DNA of 64,000 nucleotides from an uncultured Fibrobacterota bacterium (GCA_963729895.1 CAVSQB010000002.1:53512-117511), one strand, 5' to 3'. Positions 19,334 to 30,302 are shown, counted from the stretch's first letter. The notes: generated by a model from the sequence alone, not told the origin. Numbers and translations are program-made.

Positions 19334-21082
19334 TTACCGGTCGACGTCGGCCAGTACAAAATCAACTGCGCCCAGGATGGCGATAAGATCGGACAGCATG
19401 GCGCCCTTGCATAACATCGGCAGCATCTGCACGTGCGCAAACGAGGGCGTGCGGATGCGCGTACGGTACGAGGCCGTTCCGCCGTCGCTTATGACGTGGA
19501 ACCCGGAGACCCCTTTGGCGGCCTCGATTGCCGCATGCGCCTCGCCCGCCTGGACAACGGGCCCCCAGGTTACCGAAAGAAAATGCGTAATAAGCGTTTC
19601 TATGTCGTGCATGGTCCTTTCCTTGCGGGGCGGGGACGCCAGCGGATGGTCCGATTTGTAATCGCCGGCCGGCATGTTATTGCGGCATTGGTCCACAATG
19701 CGCAGGCTTTGCCGCATTTCTTCGACCCGCACCGACGCACGGTCGTAACAATCCCCGTTGTGCGCAAGGGGGACTTCAAAGTCGTACTGTTCGTATCCCG
19801 AATACGGGCGCTTTTTGCGCATGTCCCACGAAAACCCGCATGCGCGCAAACCGGGCCCGGTAACGCCCCAATCAACCGCTTCCTCTTGTGTAAACGCGCC
19901 GATGCCCCTCGTGCGGCTCTTGAAGATGGGATTCTTGAGCACAAGCGTATCGTATTCCTTGAGCCTGCGCGGGAGCCACTGCAACAGGCCGTCAACTAGA
20001 CCCTCCCATCCTTGGGGCAAATCATCGGCGACGCCGCCTATTCTGAACCAGTTGGGATGCATGCGCGCGCCGCACACGGCCTCGATGATCTCCAGCACGC
20101 GTTCGCGGTCTGTAAACATGTAGAACACCGGCGACATTGCTCCCATGTCCTGGGCAAAGGTGCCGTAGAACACCAGATGGCTTGCGATGCGGAACAGCTC
20201 GGCCAGCATGACGCGGATGCACTGGGCGCGCGGCGGTACCGGCACGCCCGCGAGTTTTTCGATTGCCATCACGTAGGCAAAGTTATTTATCACCCCGCCC
20301 AGATAATCGACCCGGTCGGTGTAGGGGATAAACGTGTGCCACGTCTGGCGCTCGGCCATTTTTTCCGCGCCGCGGTGATGATAGCCGATGTCGGGAACGG
20401 CGTTTTCTATTATCTCTCCGTCAAGCTGGCATATTATCCTGAACAGCCCGTGCGTGCCGGTGTGGTGCGGACCGATATTGAGGAACAAATAGTCGCTGTC
20501 GCCGCCGTGGCGCGCAAGCCCCCAGTGCGAGGGGTCGAATTGAAGCTCGGAAAGGCGCTCGTTTGCCGTTTCGGCCGTGAGGGAAAACGGCGGCATTTCG
20601 GTGGCACGCGCCGGATAATCTTTGCGCAGGGGATGCCCCTGCCACCACGGCGGCATCAGGATGCGGCTGAGGCCGGGGTGGCCGTCGAACCGCACCCCGA
20701 ACATGTCCCACGCTTCGCGCTCGTACCAGTTTGCCGCGGGCCAGATGCCGGTGACGCTATTGACAGATAGAGAATCGTCCGGCACCGGCACCTTGACGCG
20801 GATATCGCTGTTGCGATCGAACGACAGCAGGTGGTACACGACGGTGAAGCCTCCCACAGGCTGGGCCGGCCGGTGTTCCCGCATCCGCTCGTCGACGGCA
20901 AAGAGATCGTACAGCATGGGATACGGTTGATTGATGCCGGTCTTGAGGTACCGCAGAATATCCGCAGCGCGGTCCCTGGTTGCCCAGAGGGTTGGCACGC
21001 CGTCGGAAACGGGCTGCCATGCCGCGATTGCATCGCCGAACCGCAGAGTGAGATCCTGCCGCATATCTGAGTCGTTTACCAT
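19334..21082 (-). CDS. nuoCD: NADH-quinone oxidoreductase fused subunit C/D
   Basis: NuoC motifs [22 protein letters not shown] fused to NuoD motifs [35 protein letters not shown]. Confidence 0.95.
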   Translation of the reverse strand: MVNDSDMRQDLTLRFGDAIAAWQPVSDGVPTLWATRDRAADILRYLKTGINQPYPMLYDLFAVDERMREHRPAQPVGGFTVVYHLLSFDRNSDIRVKVPVPDDSLSVNSVTGIWPAANWYEREAWDMFGVRFDGHPGLSRILMPPWWQGHPLRKDYPARATEMPPFSLTAETANERLSELQFDPSHWGLARHGGDSDYLFLNIGPHHTGTHGLFRIICQLDGEIIENAVPDIGYHHRGAEKMAERQTWHTFIPYTDRVDYLGGVINNFAYVMAIEKLAGVPVPPRAQCIRVMLAELFRIASHLVFYGTFAQDMGAMSPVFYMFTDRERVLEIIEAVCGARMHPNWFRIGGVADDLPQGWEGLVDGLLQWLPRRLKEYDTLVLKNPIFKSRTRGIGAFTQEEAVDWGVTGPGLRACGFSWDMRKKRPYSGYEQYDFEVPLAHNGDCYDRASVRVEEMRQSLRIVDQCRNNMPAGDYKSDHPLASPPRKERTMHDIETLITHFLSVTWGPVVQAGEAHAAIEAAKGVSGFHVISDGGTASYRTRIRTPSFAHVQMLPMLCKGAMLSDLIAILGAVDFVLADVDR

Positions 21083-21095
21083 CAAGGCCGTGCTC

Positions 21096-21698
21096 CTACA
21101 CCGTGTTTGGCGGCCGCAGCTCCGTCGCGTTTTGCCGCGACTGCCGTTTCTCGTCCCGCATGCATGGAAGCGCCGGCCGGCGGGTGGTCTGGTCGCCCGC
21201 CGCCCACGTCAGCGGCCTCCGTTCCGATCCGACAAGTTTGCTCAGCAAAAGCAGCCCTTCCATGAACGCCTCCGGCCGCGGCGGACATCCGGGGACGTAC
21301 ACGTCAACGGGAAGGATGCGATCGACGCCCTGAACGACGCTGTAGATATCGTACATTCCCCCGGAGTTTGCGCACGAACCCATGGATATGACCCAGCGCG
21401 GTTCCATCATCTGGTCGTACAACCTGCGGACCACGGGTGCAATCTTGACGAACACCGTTCCCGCGACAATCATGAGATCAGCCTCGCGCGGGCTTGCGCG
21501 AATCACTTCGGCGCCGAACCGCGCAATGTCGTATTTACTGGTGAGACTTGTGGCCATTTCCACATAGCAGCACGACAAACCGAAATTGAACGGCCAGATC
21601 GAATTCTTTCTTCCCCAGGCGAGCATGCTTTGCAGCCGAGAGAATACAATGCCGGCCGCGCCGGGATCAAGCGGGGTCTGGTCAGTTCTGAGAGTCAT
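21096..21698 (-). CDS. nuoB: NADH-quinone oxidoreductase subunit B
   Basis: [53 protein letters not shown] before ATG 21698. Confidence 0.95.
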   Translation of the reverse strand: MTLRTDQTPLDPGAAGIVFSRLQSMLAWGRKNSIWPFNFGLSCCYVEMATSLTSKYDIARFGAEVIRASPREADLMIVAGTVFVKIAPVVRRLYDQMMEPRWVISMGSCANSGGMYDIYSVVQGVDRILPVDVYVPGCPPRPEAFMEGLLLLSKLVGSERRPLTWAAGDQTTRRPALPCMRDEKRQSRQNATELRPPNTV

Positions 21699-22134
21699 CG
21701 CCACTCCTGCCGGCCGACCGCCCGGCTGCCCTCTGCGCCGGCGTGGTTCTCCTGCCTGCCGCGCCCCAATCAAGCGCTCCCTCATGCCAAAGGTAAAAAA
21801 GCCCGGCCAGGAGCACGCTGATAAATATGAGCATTTCCACAAATGCCGGCCACCCTGCCTCCTTGAGCGAAACGGCCCAGGCAAAAATGAATGCCGCTTC
21901 AAGGTCGAAAATGAGAAAGAACATTGCCACCAGATAGTAGGAAACAGATAGGTGAATGTGCGTGGAACCTGTGGGCGTCATTCCCGATTCGTACGACGGG
22001 GTTGTCGGTCGGTGTTTGCGCCTGCCGCCCGCAAAGCGGGAGGTAACGACCATGCTGCACACAATCACTGCCACTGCCGCGGAGTACAAGACGAGCGGTG
22101 TGAGCGGGGATATTGGCAATGCATTGTGGTTCAT
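21682..22134 (-). CDS. nuoA: NADH-quinone oxidoreductase subunit A
   Basis: [31 protein letters not shown]; start most plausibly ATG 22134. Confidence 0.93.
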   Translation of the reverse strand: MNHNALPISPLTPLVLYSAAVAVIVCSMVVTSRFAGGRRKHRPTTPSYESGMTPTGSTHIHLSVSYYLVAMFFLIFDLEAAFIFAWAVSLKEAGWPAFVEMLIFISVLLAGLFYLWHEGALDWGAAGRRTTPAQRAAGRSAGRSGDDSQN

Positions 22135-22193
22135 CGTGGTGAGCCGCGAAGTATTGAACAGTGAGCAATCAATATAAATGAACTCTCCAAAAA

Positions 22194-22209
22194 CGCAAAT
22201 AGTATACCA
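22194..22209 (-). promoter_or_regulatory. sigma54 (-24/-12) promoter motif of the nuo operon
   Basis: Minus strand TGGTATACTATTTGCG: GG-N10-GC, about 60 bp upstream of nuoA. Confidence 0.7.
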
Positions 22210-22444
22210 TGCGGGCCGGAATCCTTGTTGGAGCCGAATTGCGGGAAGCCTTGATTTCCTGCTACCGTGAACGAGCATTGTCTCAAAACCCATTTGATCC
22301 GGTTAACAGGTTGGAAAAACAAGAGGACGGTTTCAAATTTCGCAAAAGTGGGGACCAAAATTCGCAGAAACGGGAAAGGCCCCGCATTAACGATTATTAC
22401 GAACGCCCCTTAACATTCGCGGCGCACTGTCCCAAACTGCCGGA

Positions 22445-23302
22445 CTACGGCTTAACCGTCGTCCTGAGATACTCCAGAATATCGCGAGCCTGTGCGCTGT
22501 CGAGCCTGGTTTGCGGCATGGCAAGGCCGCCGTAATCGCGGACCATTTTTTTTACAAAGGAATCCTTGGATTCCATGCCACCGGGGTTGAGCACCATGTT
22601 CACGATGTACTCGGGCGCACGCATGCCGAAGATGCCGCCGAGCGGAGGGGCCGTAAGGGGCACATACAGGGCGTGGCATAAGACGCATTTGCTTTTGAAG
22701 AGCGCCTCGCCGCTCGAGGCCATGGCGCCGTTTACCGGTCCCAGCACAATCTGCATGACGGGACCGACGCCCTTGTCGCTACGCTCCAAAACCTGCATGC
22801 CCAGCCCCTGCGTAAGATCGCGGTATTGCCCGGGGGTGAGGGAAGGAAGCCGTTTGACCAGCGCCGTGATGTCCCACAGCACCGAATCCGGGTACGAGGG
22901 GCCGAACGCCGGCATGCCGGTCATCTTGACGCCACTCTTGATAAACACGAAAACCTCGGAGGCGGTCCAGCCGGAATTTCCGGCCCACAAGAGCGGCGGG
23001 GCCGGGTTGAGCCCGATCCCGACCCCGGACTGCGGTACGCCGGGCGCGCCGTGGCACATCACGCATAACCCTTGGTACGGGCCCGCACCCGCGAGCGCCC
23101 GTTCGGGCAAAGAAATGTCGGGCGGCCGAACGTTTTTGCTATGCCGCCGCACCGAGTATTTCGACCCGGTAAAGAGTACCCAGTCCATTCCCGGCGGGTC
23201 CGGGTTGGTGGCGGCGACGCTGATGATGCCGGAATAGAGGATGGAGAAGAACCCGGCGACGCCAAGGACGATGGCGCACGACACTGCTATGACGATTTTC
23301 AT
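22445..23302 (-). CDS. Membrane-anchored diheme c-type cytochrome
   Basis: N-terminal hydrophobic segment; CVMCH with distal GVKMTGMPAF and CVLCH with distal LAMP; AAGGAG RBS. Confidence 0.88.
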   Translation of the reverse strand: MKIVIAVSCAIVLGVAGFFSILYSGIISVAATNPDPPGMDWVLFTGSKYSVRRHSKNVRPPDISLPERALAGAGPYQGLCVMCHGAPGVPQSGVGIGLNPAPPLLWAGNSGWTASEVFVFIKSGVKMTGMPAFGPSYPDSVLWDITALVKRLPSLTPGQYRDLTQGLGMQVLERSDKGVGPVMQIVLGPVNGAMASSGEALFKSKCVLCHALYVPLTAPPLGGIFGMRAPEYIVNMVLNPGGMESKDSFVKKMVRDYGGLAMPQTRLDSAQARDILEYLRTTVKP

Positions 23303-23340
23303 CGAATCTCCTTAATCAAGCGCTCCTGGAGCGCAGCTTC

Positions 23341-24468
23341 TTACCTCGGAACCGGAGCGCGATGCCGGGCCAGCGCCGCGATGACCGCATCGTAGGCATC
23401 GTTGAACTTGATAATCCCCTCGTTTTCGAGGCGCTGTGTCTGTTTGTCGAGATCGATGCCGACATCGGCGAGGCGGGCCAGCGTTGTGCGGGCGTTTCCC
23501 AGGCCCTGCTCCAGGCGCGGCGCAGGATCGCCATGATCGCGATAGGCGGCAAGCGTTTCGATGGGAACAGTGGTAATGGAATGAGGCCCGATGAGCGGCT
23601 CGACGTACTTGACGTCGCTGTACGCAGGATTCTTGGTGCCGGTGCTCGCCCACAATACTTTCTGCACACGCCCGCCCCTGGCGGCAACCGCCCCGAACCG
23701 TGCGCCAAAAAAGATTTCCCTGAACGTGCGGTATGCTTCCTTGGCGCTTGCGATCGCAATCTTGCCAGCAAGCGACCGGGCAATTTCGCCCACTGCGCCG
23801 CCCGCTTGCGCGGTCGATTGGAGTAGGGGATCCAGAAGACCGTCAATACGGCTGAGAAAGAAACTCGCCACGGATGCCACATTGTCAATGGGTAACCCGT
23901 TTTTGGCGCGGTCTTCGAGCCCGGCGCAGTATGCCGACGCAGTCTCTCGATAGCGGGGTATTCCGAACAGGAGCGTAATGTTCACGTTGATTCCCTCGGA
24001 AATGAGCTGCCGCACGGCAACAAGTCCTTGCGATGTCCCCGGAACCTTGATAAGCAGATTGGGGCGGCCCACGCGTTTCCACAAGTGACGCGCCTCGACC
24101 ACGGTCCCCTGCGCGTCGTGAGCGAGATGGGGCGAAACTTCGAGGCTCACGTATCCGTCGTCGCCTTTGGAGCCCGCGTAGACCGGCGCGAGGAGATCGG
24201 CGGCCGCCGTGACGTCTTCAACGATGAGCGACGTACAGATTTCGGCCTCGCCCGCGCCGGTCACGGCCAGTGCGTCTATGGCCGCATCGTATCTGTTCGA
24301 CGACGAGAGCGCCTTTTGAAAAATGGCGGGGTTGTCGGTGACGCCGCTCACGCCGTCGCCGCTGATCATGCGCGCCAACTCGCCTGTTTCGAGCGTCTCG
24401 CGGCTCAGGTAGTCGAGCCACAGGCTCTGTCCGCAGCGTGTGAGGCCGGCCAACGGGCTAGTGTCCAT
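23341..24468 (-). CDS. tal: Transaldolase (long form)
   Basis: GQSLWLD, GVTDNPAIF, YVSLEVSP, NLLIKVP, NITLLF, SVASFFLSRID, LWASTGTKNP. Confidence 0.95.
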   Translation of the reverse strand: MDTSPLAGLTRCGQSLWLDYLSRETLETGELARMISGDGVSGVTDNPAIFQKALSSSNRYDAAIDALAVTGAGEAEICTSLIVEDVTAAADLLAPVYAGSKGDDGYVSLEVSPHLAHDAQGTVVEARHLWKRVGRPNLLIKVPGTSQGLVAVRQLISEGINVNITLLFGIPRYRETASAYCAGLEDRAKNGLPIDNVASVASFFLSRIDGLLDPLLQSTAQAGGAVGEIARSLAGKIAIASAKEAYRTFREIFFGARFGAVAARGGRVQKVLWASTGTKNPAYSDVKYVEPLIGPHSITTVPIETLAAYRDHGDPAPRLEQGLGNARTTLARLADVGIDLDKQTQRLENEGIIKFNDAYDAVIAALARHRAPVPR

Positions 24469-24931
24469 GAGGAGTTCCTTTCGCGACTGCCGCCTCAAGG
24501 CCGCCCAGTTTTTCAAGACGGCGGAGGAACCGTTTTTCCTGTCCGAACTGCGCGTTTACAAACGCGTCAATGAGCTCCCATGCCAGCGCAGGCCCTATCA
24601 CGCGCCCGCCGAGGCACAGCACGTTCATGTGATCGTCCTGCACGCCCTGGCGCGCCGTGTAAACGTCCGACACGAGGGCGGCGCGCACGCCGGGGACCTT
24701 GTTTGCCGCGATGCAGGCGCCCACGCCGCTTCCGCAGACGGCAATGCCGCGCTCAACGCTTCCGTCGGCGACGGCCTGCGCCATGGGAACCACAAAGTCG
24801 GGGAAATCGTCTTCCTGCCCCAGGTAATATGCTCCGAAATCCACCACGTCGTGGCCGTGTTTGGCAAGCTCGTCTTCGAGGTCTTCCTTGAGGACGTAGC
24901 CGCCGTGATCGACTGCAATGCCGATTTTCAT
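24458..24931 (-). CDS. rpiB: Ribose-5-phosphate isomerase B
   Basis: [38 protein letters not shown] before ATG 24931. Confidence 0.95.
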   Translation of the reverse strand: MKIGIAVDHGGYVLKEDLEDELAKHGHDVVDFGAYYLGQEDDFPDFVVPMAQAVADGSVERGIAVCGSGVGACIAANKVPGVRAALVSDVYTARQGVQDDHMNVLCLGGRVIGPALAWELIDAFVNAQFGQEKRFLRRLEKLGGLEAAVAKGTPHGH

Positions 24932-27030
24932 GGCGCCTCCTGAGGAACGCCGCGTGCCGCCATGGCAAGCAGGCGCTCCGCAATAGTATCTTTTGTGAAT
25001 CCATACACGGCCATTAATTCCGGGCCGGGGGCCGACCGGCCGAACCCGGTTATTCCCAGAATTTCGCCCCTGTCGCCCGTGTATTTGTGCCATCCTTGGG
25101 GAGAGCCAGCCTCGACCGCAAGCCGTAACCCCACGCGTGGATCGAGGACCGAATCGCGGTAGTCGCGGGGCTGGGCGTCGAAAAGTTCCCAGCTCGGCAT
25201 GGACACGACCCGCACGCGGACCCCGCGCTGTGCACATTGCGCTGCTGCCTCGCACGCCGGGCCGACTTCCGAGCCGCTCGCAACAACGATCGCGTCCGGC
25301 CTGCCCTGCAGCGCGTCGGCGAGCACATAGCCGCCGCGCCTGAGGCCCTCCGCCGGAGCGTACACATTCCGGTCGAGCGTCGGCACATTTTGACGGGTGA
25401 GAATGAGGGCAATGGGCCGGTCGCGCGTTTCCAGCGCAACCTCCCAGGCGACTGCGGTCTCATTGGCATCGGCGGGACGGATCACCACGATCCGCGGAAT
25501 GGCGCGCAGGGCCGCGAGTTGTTCCACGGGCTGGTGCGTGGTCCCGTCTTCACCGAGGGCGATGCTGTCGTGTGTAAACACGTATATCGCCTGGAGCCGC
25601 ATGATCGCCGCAAGCCGGAGGGAAGGCCGCACGTAATCGGAGAAAATGAGAAACGTGGCCCCAAACGGAATGATGCCGCCGTGAACCGCCAGCCCGTTGA
25701 GGACGGCGCCCATGGCGTGCTCCCGCACGCCAAAATGAATATTCCTGCCCGCGCGGCTCCAACCGCCGCCGGCAGAGCCCTGTCGGTCCGGATAGCCGTC
25801 GCCGCCGTATTCAAAATCGCCCGCATCGGCAAGCGTGGTGAAAGTCGACGGATCGAGGTCTGCGCTGCCGCCCATAAGCGCCGGCACGCGGCCGGCAACC
25901 GCGTTGAGCACCTTTCCGGATGCGACTCTTGTGGCCATGCCTTTTGCGTCGGGCGGGAATACGGGAATGCCGCCTTTCCATCCTTCTGACAATTCCCCTC
26001 CGGTTTGCTTCCGGAATTCCTCGGCAAGGCCGGGAAATTTCTTCCGGTATTCCGCGAAGAGAGACCGCCACTCGTTTTCGGCCTGCGTTCCCCGTCCCAT
26101 GCACTCACGGAAATGCGTGTAGGCGGCCTCGGGAACGTAAAACGGGGGATCGGGAGGCCACCCGAGGGCCGCCTTTGTCAGCTTCACTTCCTCTTCTCCG
26201 AGAGGCGAGCCGTGCGATTCCACTTTGTCCTGCTTATGGGGAGATCCGAATCCGATGTGCGTTCGTACCCTGATAATGGAAGGTCGCATGGTTTCGGCCT
26301 TGGCGCGGGCAATTGCACGTGCCACTTCTTCGACATCGTTCCCGTCTTCAACGTACTGCGTATGCCAGCCGTACGATTCGAACCGCTTCATGGAGTCGTC
26401 GGAGAAGGCGAGCGATGTGGATGCCGAAAGCGTGATCCGGTTGTCGTCGTACAGATACACCAGTTTTCCGAGCCGTAGGTGGCCCGCCAGCGAAGCCGCT
26501 TCGGCGGCAACGCCTTCCATCAGGTCGCCGTCGCTCACAATTGCATAGGTACAATGGTTGACAATATCAAACCCGTCCCGGTTGTAACGCGCGGCAAGAT
26601 TGGCCTCGGCGATTGCCATGCCCACGCCGTTTGCAAATCCCTGTCCCAGCGGCCCAGTGGTGACGTCCACGCCCGGCGTGAGCCCGTATTCGGGATGTCC
26701 GGCAGTGATGCTGTCGCGCTGGCGGAAGCTGCGTATATCCTTCATGGAAACATTGAATCCGCATACGTGCAGCAGGCTGTACAGGAGCATCGACCCATGG
26801 CCCGCAGAAAGCACAAACCGGTCGCGGTTGAACCACGAGGGCGCCGCAGGCGAGACGGTGAGGAACCGCGTCCAGAGCGTGTAGGCCATGGCGGCCGCTC
26901 CCATGGGCATGCCTGGATGTCCGCTGTTCGCCTTCTGCACTGCGTCAATCGATAAGAAACGGAGCGTGTTGATGCACGCCGTGTCGATAGTCACCGCAGA
27001 AAGCATTGATCCGGGATTGTCGTTACTCAT
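24928..27030 (-). CDS. tkt: Transketolase
   Basis: [68 protein letters not shown]. Exact start uncertain. Confidence 0.96.
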   Translation of the reverse strand: MSNDNPGSMLSAVTIDTACINTLRFLSIDAVQKANSGHPGMPMGAAAMAYTLWTRFLTVSPAAPSWFNRDRFVLSAGHGSMLLYSLLHVCGFNVSMKDIRSFRQRDSITAGHPEYGLTPGVDVTTGPLGQGFANGVGMAIAEANLAARYNRDGFDIVNHCTYAIVSDGDLMEGVAAEAASLAGHLRLGKLVYLYDDNRITLSASTSLAFSDDSMKRFESYGWHTQYVEDGNDVEEVARAIARAKAETMRPSIIRVRTHIGFGSPHKQDKVESHGSPLGEEEVKLTKAALGWPPDPPFYVPEAAYTHFRECMGRGTQAENEWRSLFAEYRKKFPGLAEEFRKQTGGELSEGWKGGIPVFPPDAKGMATRVASGKVLNAVAGRVPALMGGSADLDPSTFTTLADAGDFEYGGDGYPDRQGSAGGGWSRAGRNIHFGVREHAMGAVLNGLAVHGGIIPFGATFLIFSDYVRPSLRLAAIMRLQAIYVFTHDSIALGEDGTTHQPVEQLAALRAIPRIVVIRPADANETAVAWEVALETRDRPIALILTRQNVPTLDRNVYAPAEGLRRGGYVLADALQGRPDAIVVASGSEVGPACEAAAQCAQRGVRVRVVSMPSWELFDAQPRDYRDSVLDPRVGLRLAVEAGSPQGWHKYTGDRGEILGITGFGRSAPGPELMAVYGFTKDTIAERLLAMAARGVPQEAP

Positions 27031-27101
27031 ATCATTGCGTCCGATTTCCACAAATTTTATCCGATTCTATGAGAAAAATCCTTTGCGCCACTCATCTTGA
27101 C

Positions 27102-27117
27102 CGCAAATTAAGTACCA
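27102..27117 (-). promoter_or_regulatory. sigma54 promoter motif of the tkt-rpiB-tal-cytochrome c operon
   Basis: Minus strand TGGTACTTAATTTGCG (GG-N10-GC), about 70 bp upstream of tkt; closely similar to the nuoA motif. Confidence 0.7.
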
Positions 27118-27273
27118 AATGTGCCTCAACCGGCATTACTGAGTTCCATTGAAGTTTTCTCTCCCCGAAATCGGCGACAGGCTTCCCGATTCGGAATAGT
27201 ATCGGCACGCGCGCAGTTTCCGATTCGCGCTTGCCATCTATCGCAGTTTCATGTAGTTTCAGAAACTTGACTA

Positions 27274-27289
27274 TGGCCCGATGTTTGCA
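27274..27289 (+). promoter_or_regulatory. sigma54 promoter motif of the pnt operon
   Basis: TGGCCCGATGTTTGCA (GG-N10-GC), about 130 bp upstream of pntAa. Confidence 0.65.
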
Positions 27290-27416
27290 TTAATGAAGGC
27301 AATCGACCACGGTCGCTGGCGGCCCGCGCCGGAAAATCCCCAAGGGTTGTGGTCCGGGTTTTTGCCCAGGCAATGAACTCAAAAGGCGGCCGGCACCATC
27401 AAACCGGACACCGCAT

Positions 27417-28544
27417 ATGAAAATAGCAGTACCCAAAGAAACCAAATCCAGAGAAAATCGCGTTGCGCTCACGCCCGACGTGGTGAAGTCGCTCGTTGCG
27501 GCAGGGTTCGAATGTATCGTCGAAACCGGGGCCGGGGCCGGGTGCTTTCTCGATGACACGGGCTACACGGGTGCGGGCGCGGCAATCGCCGTTGACGCCG
27601 CATCGGCCTCAGCGCAGGCCGATGCCGTGATACGGGTGAACCCGCCCCTGCCCGGGGAAATCGCGCTGATGAAAAGCGGCTGCGTGCTCATTTCCTTCAT
27701 GTTTGCCGCGACAAACCCGGCGCTCGTTGCAGCATGTGTCAAGCAGGGCGTGTCGAGCTTTTCCATGGACGCAATTCCCCGCATTTCACGTGCGCAACGA
27801 ATGGACGCCCTCAGTTCACAGGCCAACCTCGGGGGATACAAAGCCGTGCTGGTTGCGGCAAACGCGCTCGGGAAGGTGTTTCCGCTCCTCATGACCGCCG
27901 CCGGCACCATCCGGCCCGCAACCGTGGTCATCATGGGCGCGGGCGTCGCGGGACTGCAGGCGCTTGCGACGGCAAAACGCCTCGGAGCGATTGTGGAGGT
28001 ATCGGATATCCGCCCCGAAACGAAAGAACAGGTGGAATCTCTCGGCGGGAAATTTATCGAGGTGGCCGGCGACAATTCGCTCAAGGTGGAAGGCGGGTAT
28101 GTGAAGGATGTCTCCGCCGAATTTCTCGCAAAGCAAAAGGAGCTCGTGGGCCGGCATATCGAGCAGGCCGATATCGTGATCACCACGGCGCAGGTCTCGG
28201 GAAAAAAGGCCCCCGTGCTCGTGACGCAGGACATGGTAAAGCGGATGCGCCCGGGATCGGTGATCCTCGACATGGCCGTGGAGCAGGGAGGCAACTGCGA
28301 AGGCAGCGAGCTTGACAAAGTAGTTGTGAAACACGGGGTCATCATCATCGGGGAATCAAACCTTCCCGGACTTCTTCCGCGCACGGCAAGCGACCTGTAT
28401 GCGCGCAACGCAGAGGCATTCCTCACCCATGTGGCCAGAAAAGACGGGTTCATCTGGAATATGTCGGACGAAATCACAAAGGGTTCGCTCATCACGCACC
28501 AGGGCAAAGCGGTGCATCCGGGTTGCGAACCGGCAAAGCCCTGA
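27417..28544 (+). CDS. pntAa: NAD(P) transhydrogenase alpha subunit, part 1 (domain I)
   Basis: PKET..ENRVALTP, IPRISRAQRMDALSSQANLGGYKAV, GAGVAGLQA, DMAVEQGGNCE. Confidence 0.95.
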   Translation: MKIAVPKETKSRENRVALTPDVVKSLVAAGFECIVETGAGAGCFLDDTGYTGAGAAIAVDAASASAQADAVIRVNPPLPGEIALMKSGCVLISFMFAATNPALVAACVKQGVSSFSMDAIPRISRAQRMDALSSQANLGGYKAVLVAANALGKVFPLLMTAAGTIRPATVVIMGAGVAGLQALATAKRLGAIVEVSDIRPETKEQVESLGGKFIEVAGDNSLKVEGGYVKDVSAEFLAKQKELVGRHIEQADIVITTAQVSGKKAPVLVTQDMVKRMRPGSVILDMAVEQGGNCEGSELDKVVVKHGVIIIGESNLPGLLPRTASDLYARNAEAFLTHVARKDGFIWNMSDEITKGSLITHQGKAVHPGCEPAKP

Positions 28545-28581
28545 GGTCTAACCCGGCGACGCGCACAAGGAGACGGTACCA

Positions 28582-28902
28582 ATGGAACAGTTGATCGCCT
28601 TTACAGGCTCGCACATTCAGATGGTGTACATCCTGATACTCTCGGTCTTCCTCGGCGTGGTGGTGATCGGCGGCGTACCGAGCGTGCTCCATACGCCGCT
28701 CATGTCGGGGGCCAATGCCATCCACGGCGTGGTTATCGTGGGCGCGATTATCGTCGTGCTCAAAACCGGTCCGGGCGACTATGCGGCGCTGTGCGCGGGC
28801 TTTCTTGCCGTGGTGCTCGGAACGCTCAACGTGGTCGGCGGATTTGCGGTAACGGACCGCATGCTCGAAATGTTCAAACCCAAAAAGCGGCGCGCACCAT
28901 GA
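28582..28902 (+). CDS. pntAb: NAD(P) transhydrogenase alpha subunit, part 2
   Basis: VPSVLHTPLMSGANAIHG, NVVGGFAVTDRMLEMFK. Confidence 0.95.
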   Translation: MEQLIAFTGSHIQMVYILILSVFLGVVVIGGVPSVLHTPLMSGANAIHGVVIVGAIIVVLKTGPGDYAALCAGFLAVVLGTLNVVGGFAVTDRMLEMFKPKKRRAP

Positions 28903-30302
28903 TGCACACAGCCGGGTTCGGACTTGACATTTGCTATGTGGTCTCTTCGGTAACGTTTATTGCCGGCCTCAGGATGATGAGCAGCCCGAAGACGGCGCGA
29001 AACGGCAACCTTGTTGCAGCGGCCGGAATGTTTCTCGCGATTGCCGCAACCCTGCTCCTGTACGACGATCATGCCTCGCGCGAGACGATCAAACTCGCGG
29101 TTATCGGAGGAGGCATCGCCCTTGGGGGCGCCGCTGGCTGGATAACCGCGCGCTCGGTACGGATGACCGCCATGCCCCAGCTGGTGTCGCTCTTTAACGG
29201 CATGGGAGGAGGCTGCGCAGCGCTTATCGGCCTTATGGAATTCGGGCACAAGGGTAACGACCTCGCCGCGCACTCGGTGGTCGCTGCAGGAATGATCATA
29301 GGCGGAGTGTCGTTTGCGGGCAGCATTATCGCGTTCCTCAAGCTGAGCGGCGCCATGAAAAAGCCGCTCCGCTTTCCCCGCTACAATATCGTCAACAGCG
29401 CCGTGCTCGCCGGCGTCCTTGTCCTGGCAGGCCTGGCCGTGCGTGCAAGCAGCGGGCCGGGCGGCCCGCCGGGGTATGCCGCGCTCGCCGGAGCGCTGGC
29501 CTACGGCGTACTGTTCGTGCTGCCGATCGGAGGCGCGGACATGCCCGTGGTAATCTCACTTCTCAACTCGTTCACCGGCCTGGCAGTTGCGTTTTCGGGA
29601 CTCGCCTACAACAATCAGGCCATGCTCACCGGCGGAGTCCTGGTGGGAGCGGCCGGAACCTTTCTCACCATTATCATGTGTAAAGCAATGAACAGGTCGC
29701 TCGTGAACGTCGTGTTCGGCGCGTTCGGTGCAACGGGCGCCGCTGCGACGGCAGGCGCGTCTATCAAGGGCGCGGTGAAGGACATCTCCGTTTCCGACGC
29801 CGCCGTGCTTATGAACTATGCATCAAGAGTGATTATCGTTCCCGGGTACGGTTTGGCCGTGGCGCAAGCGCAGCATGTTGTGCACGAGCTCGAAACAGCG
29901 CTTGAGGCAAAAGGCGTAAGCGTTCGATATGCCATTCACCCCGTAGCCGGACGCATGCCCGGACACATGAACGTGCTGTTGGCGGAATCGAACGTGGACT
30001 ACGACAAGCTTCTCGACATGGAAAGCGCAAATCCCCTGTTCGCGACAACCGACGTCGCCCTGGTGGTTGGCGCCAACGACGTGGTCAATCCCGCGGCCAG
30101 AAACACCGCATCGTCCCCCATTTACGGCATGCCGATCCTGAACGTGGAAAGCGCCCGCAATATCATCATCATAAAACGTAGCATGAATACCGGGTACGCG
30201 GGGATCGAAAACGAACTGTTCTACAATCCCAAGGCAAGCATGCTGTTCGGCGATGCAAAGAAAGTGCTGTCCGGGATAATTGCTGAATTGAAAAGAATCT
30301 AG
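28899..30302 (+). CDS. pntB: NAD(P) transhydrogenase beta subunit
   Basis: MTAMPQLVSLFNG, PIGGADMPVVISLLNS, VPGYGLAVAQAQH, IHPVAGRMPGHMNVLLAE, GANDVVNP; ATG 28899 overlaps pntAb stop. Confidence 0.95.
   Translation: MMHTAGFGLDICYVVSSVTFIAGLRMMSSPKTARNGNLVAAAGMFLAIAATLLLYDDHASRETIKLAVIGGGIALGGAAGWITARSVRMTAMPQLVSLFNGMGGGCAALIGLMEFGHKGNDLAAHSVVAAGMIIGGVSFAGSIIAFLKLSGAMKKPLRFPRYNIVNSAVLAGVLVLAGLAVRASSGPGGPPGYAALAGALAYGVLFVLPIGGADMPVVISLLNSFTGLAVAFSGLAYNNQAMLTGGVLVGAAGTFLTIIMCKAMNRSLVNVVFGAFGATGAAATAGASIKGAVKDISVSDAAVLMNYASRVIIVPGYGLAVAQAQHVVHELETALEAKGVSVRYAIHPVAGRMPGHMNVLLAESNVDYDKLLDMESANPLFATTDVALVVGANDVVNPAARNTASSPIYGMPILNVESARNIIIIKRSMNTGYAGIENELFYNPKASMLFGDAKKVLSGIIAELKRI

Noticed and set aside
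7290..21902. Many long overlapping or antisense ORFs across the nuo operon
   Set aside because: Expected shadows of high-GC3 coding sequence; Arg/Ala/Pro/Gly-rich with no motifs.
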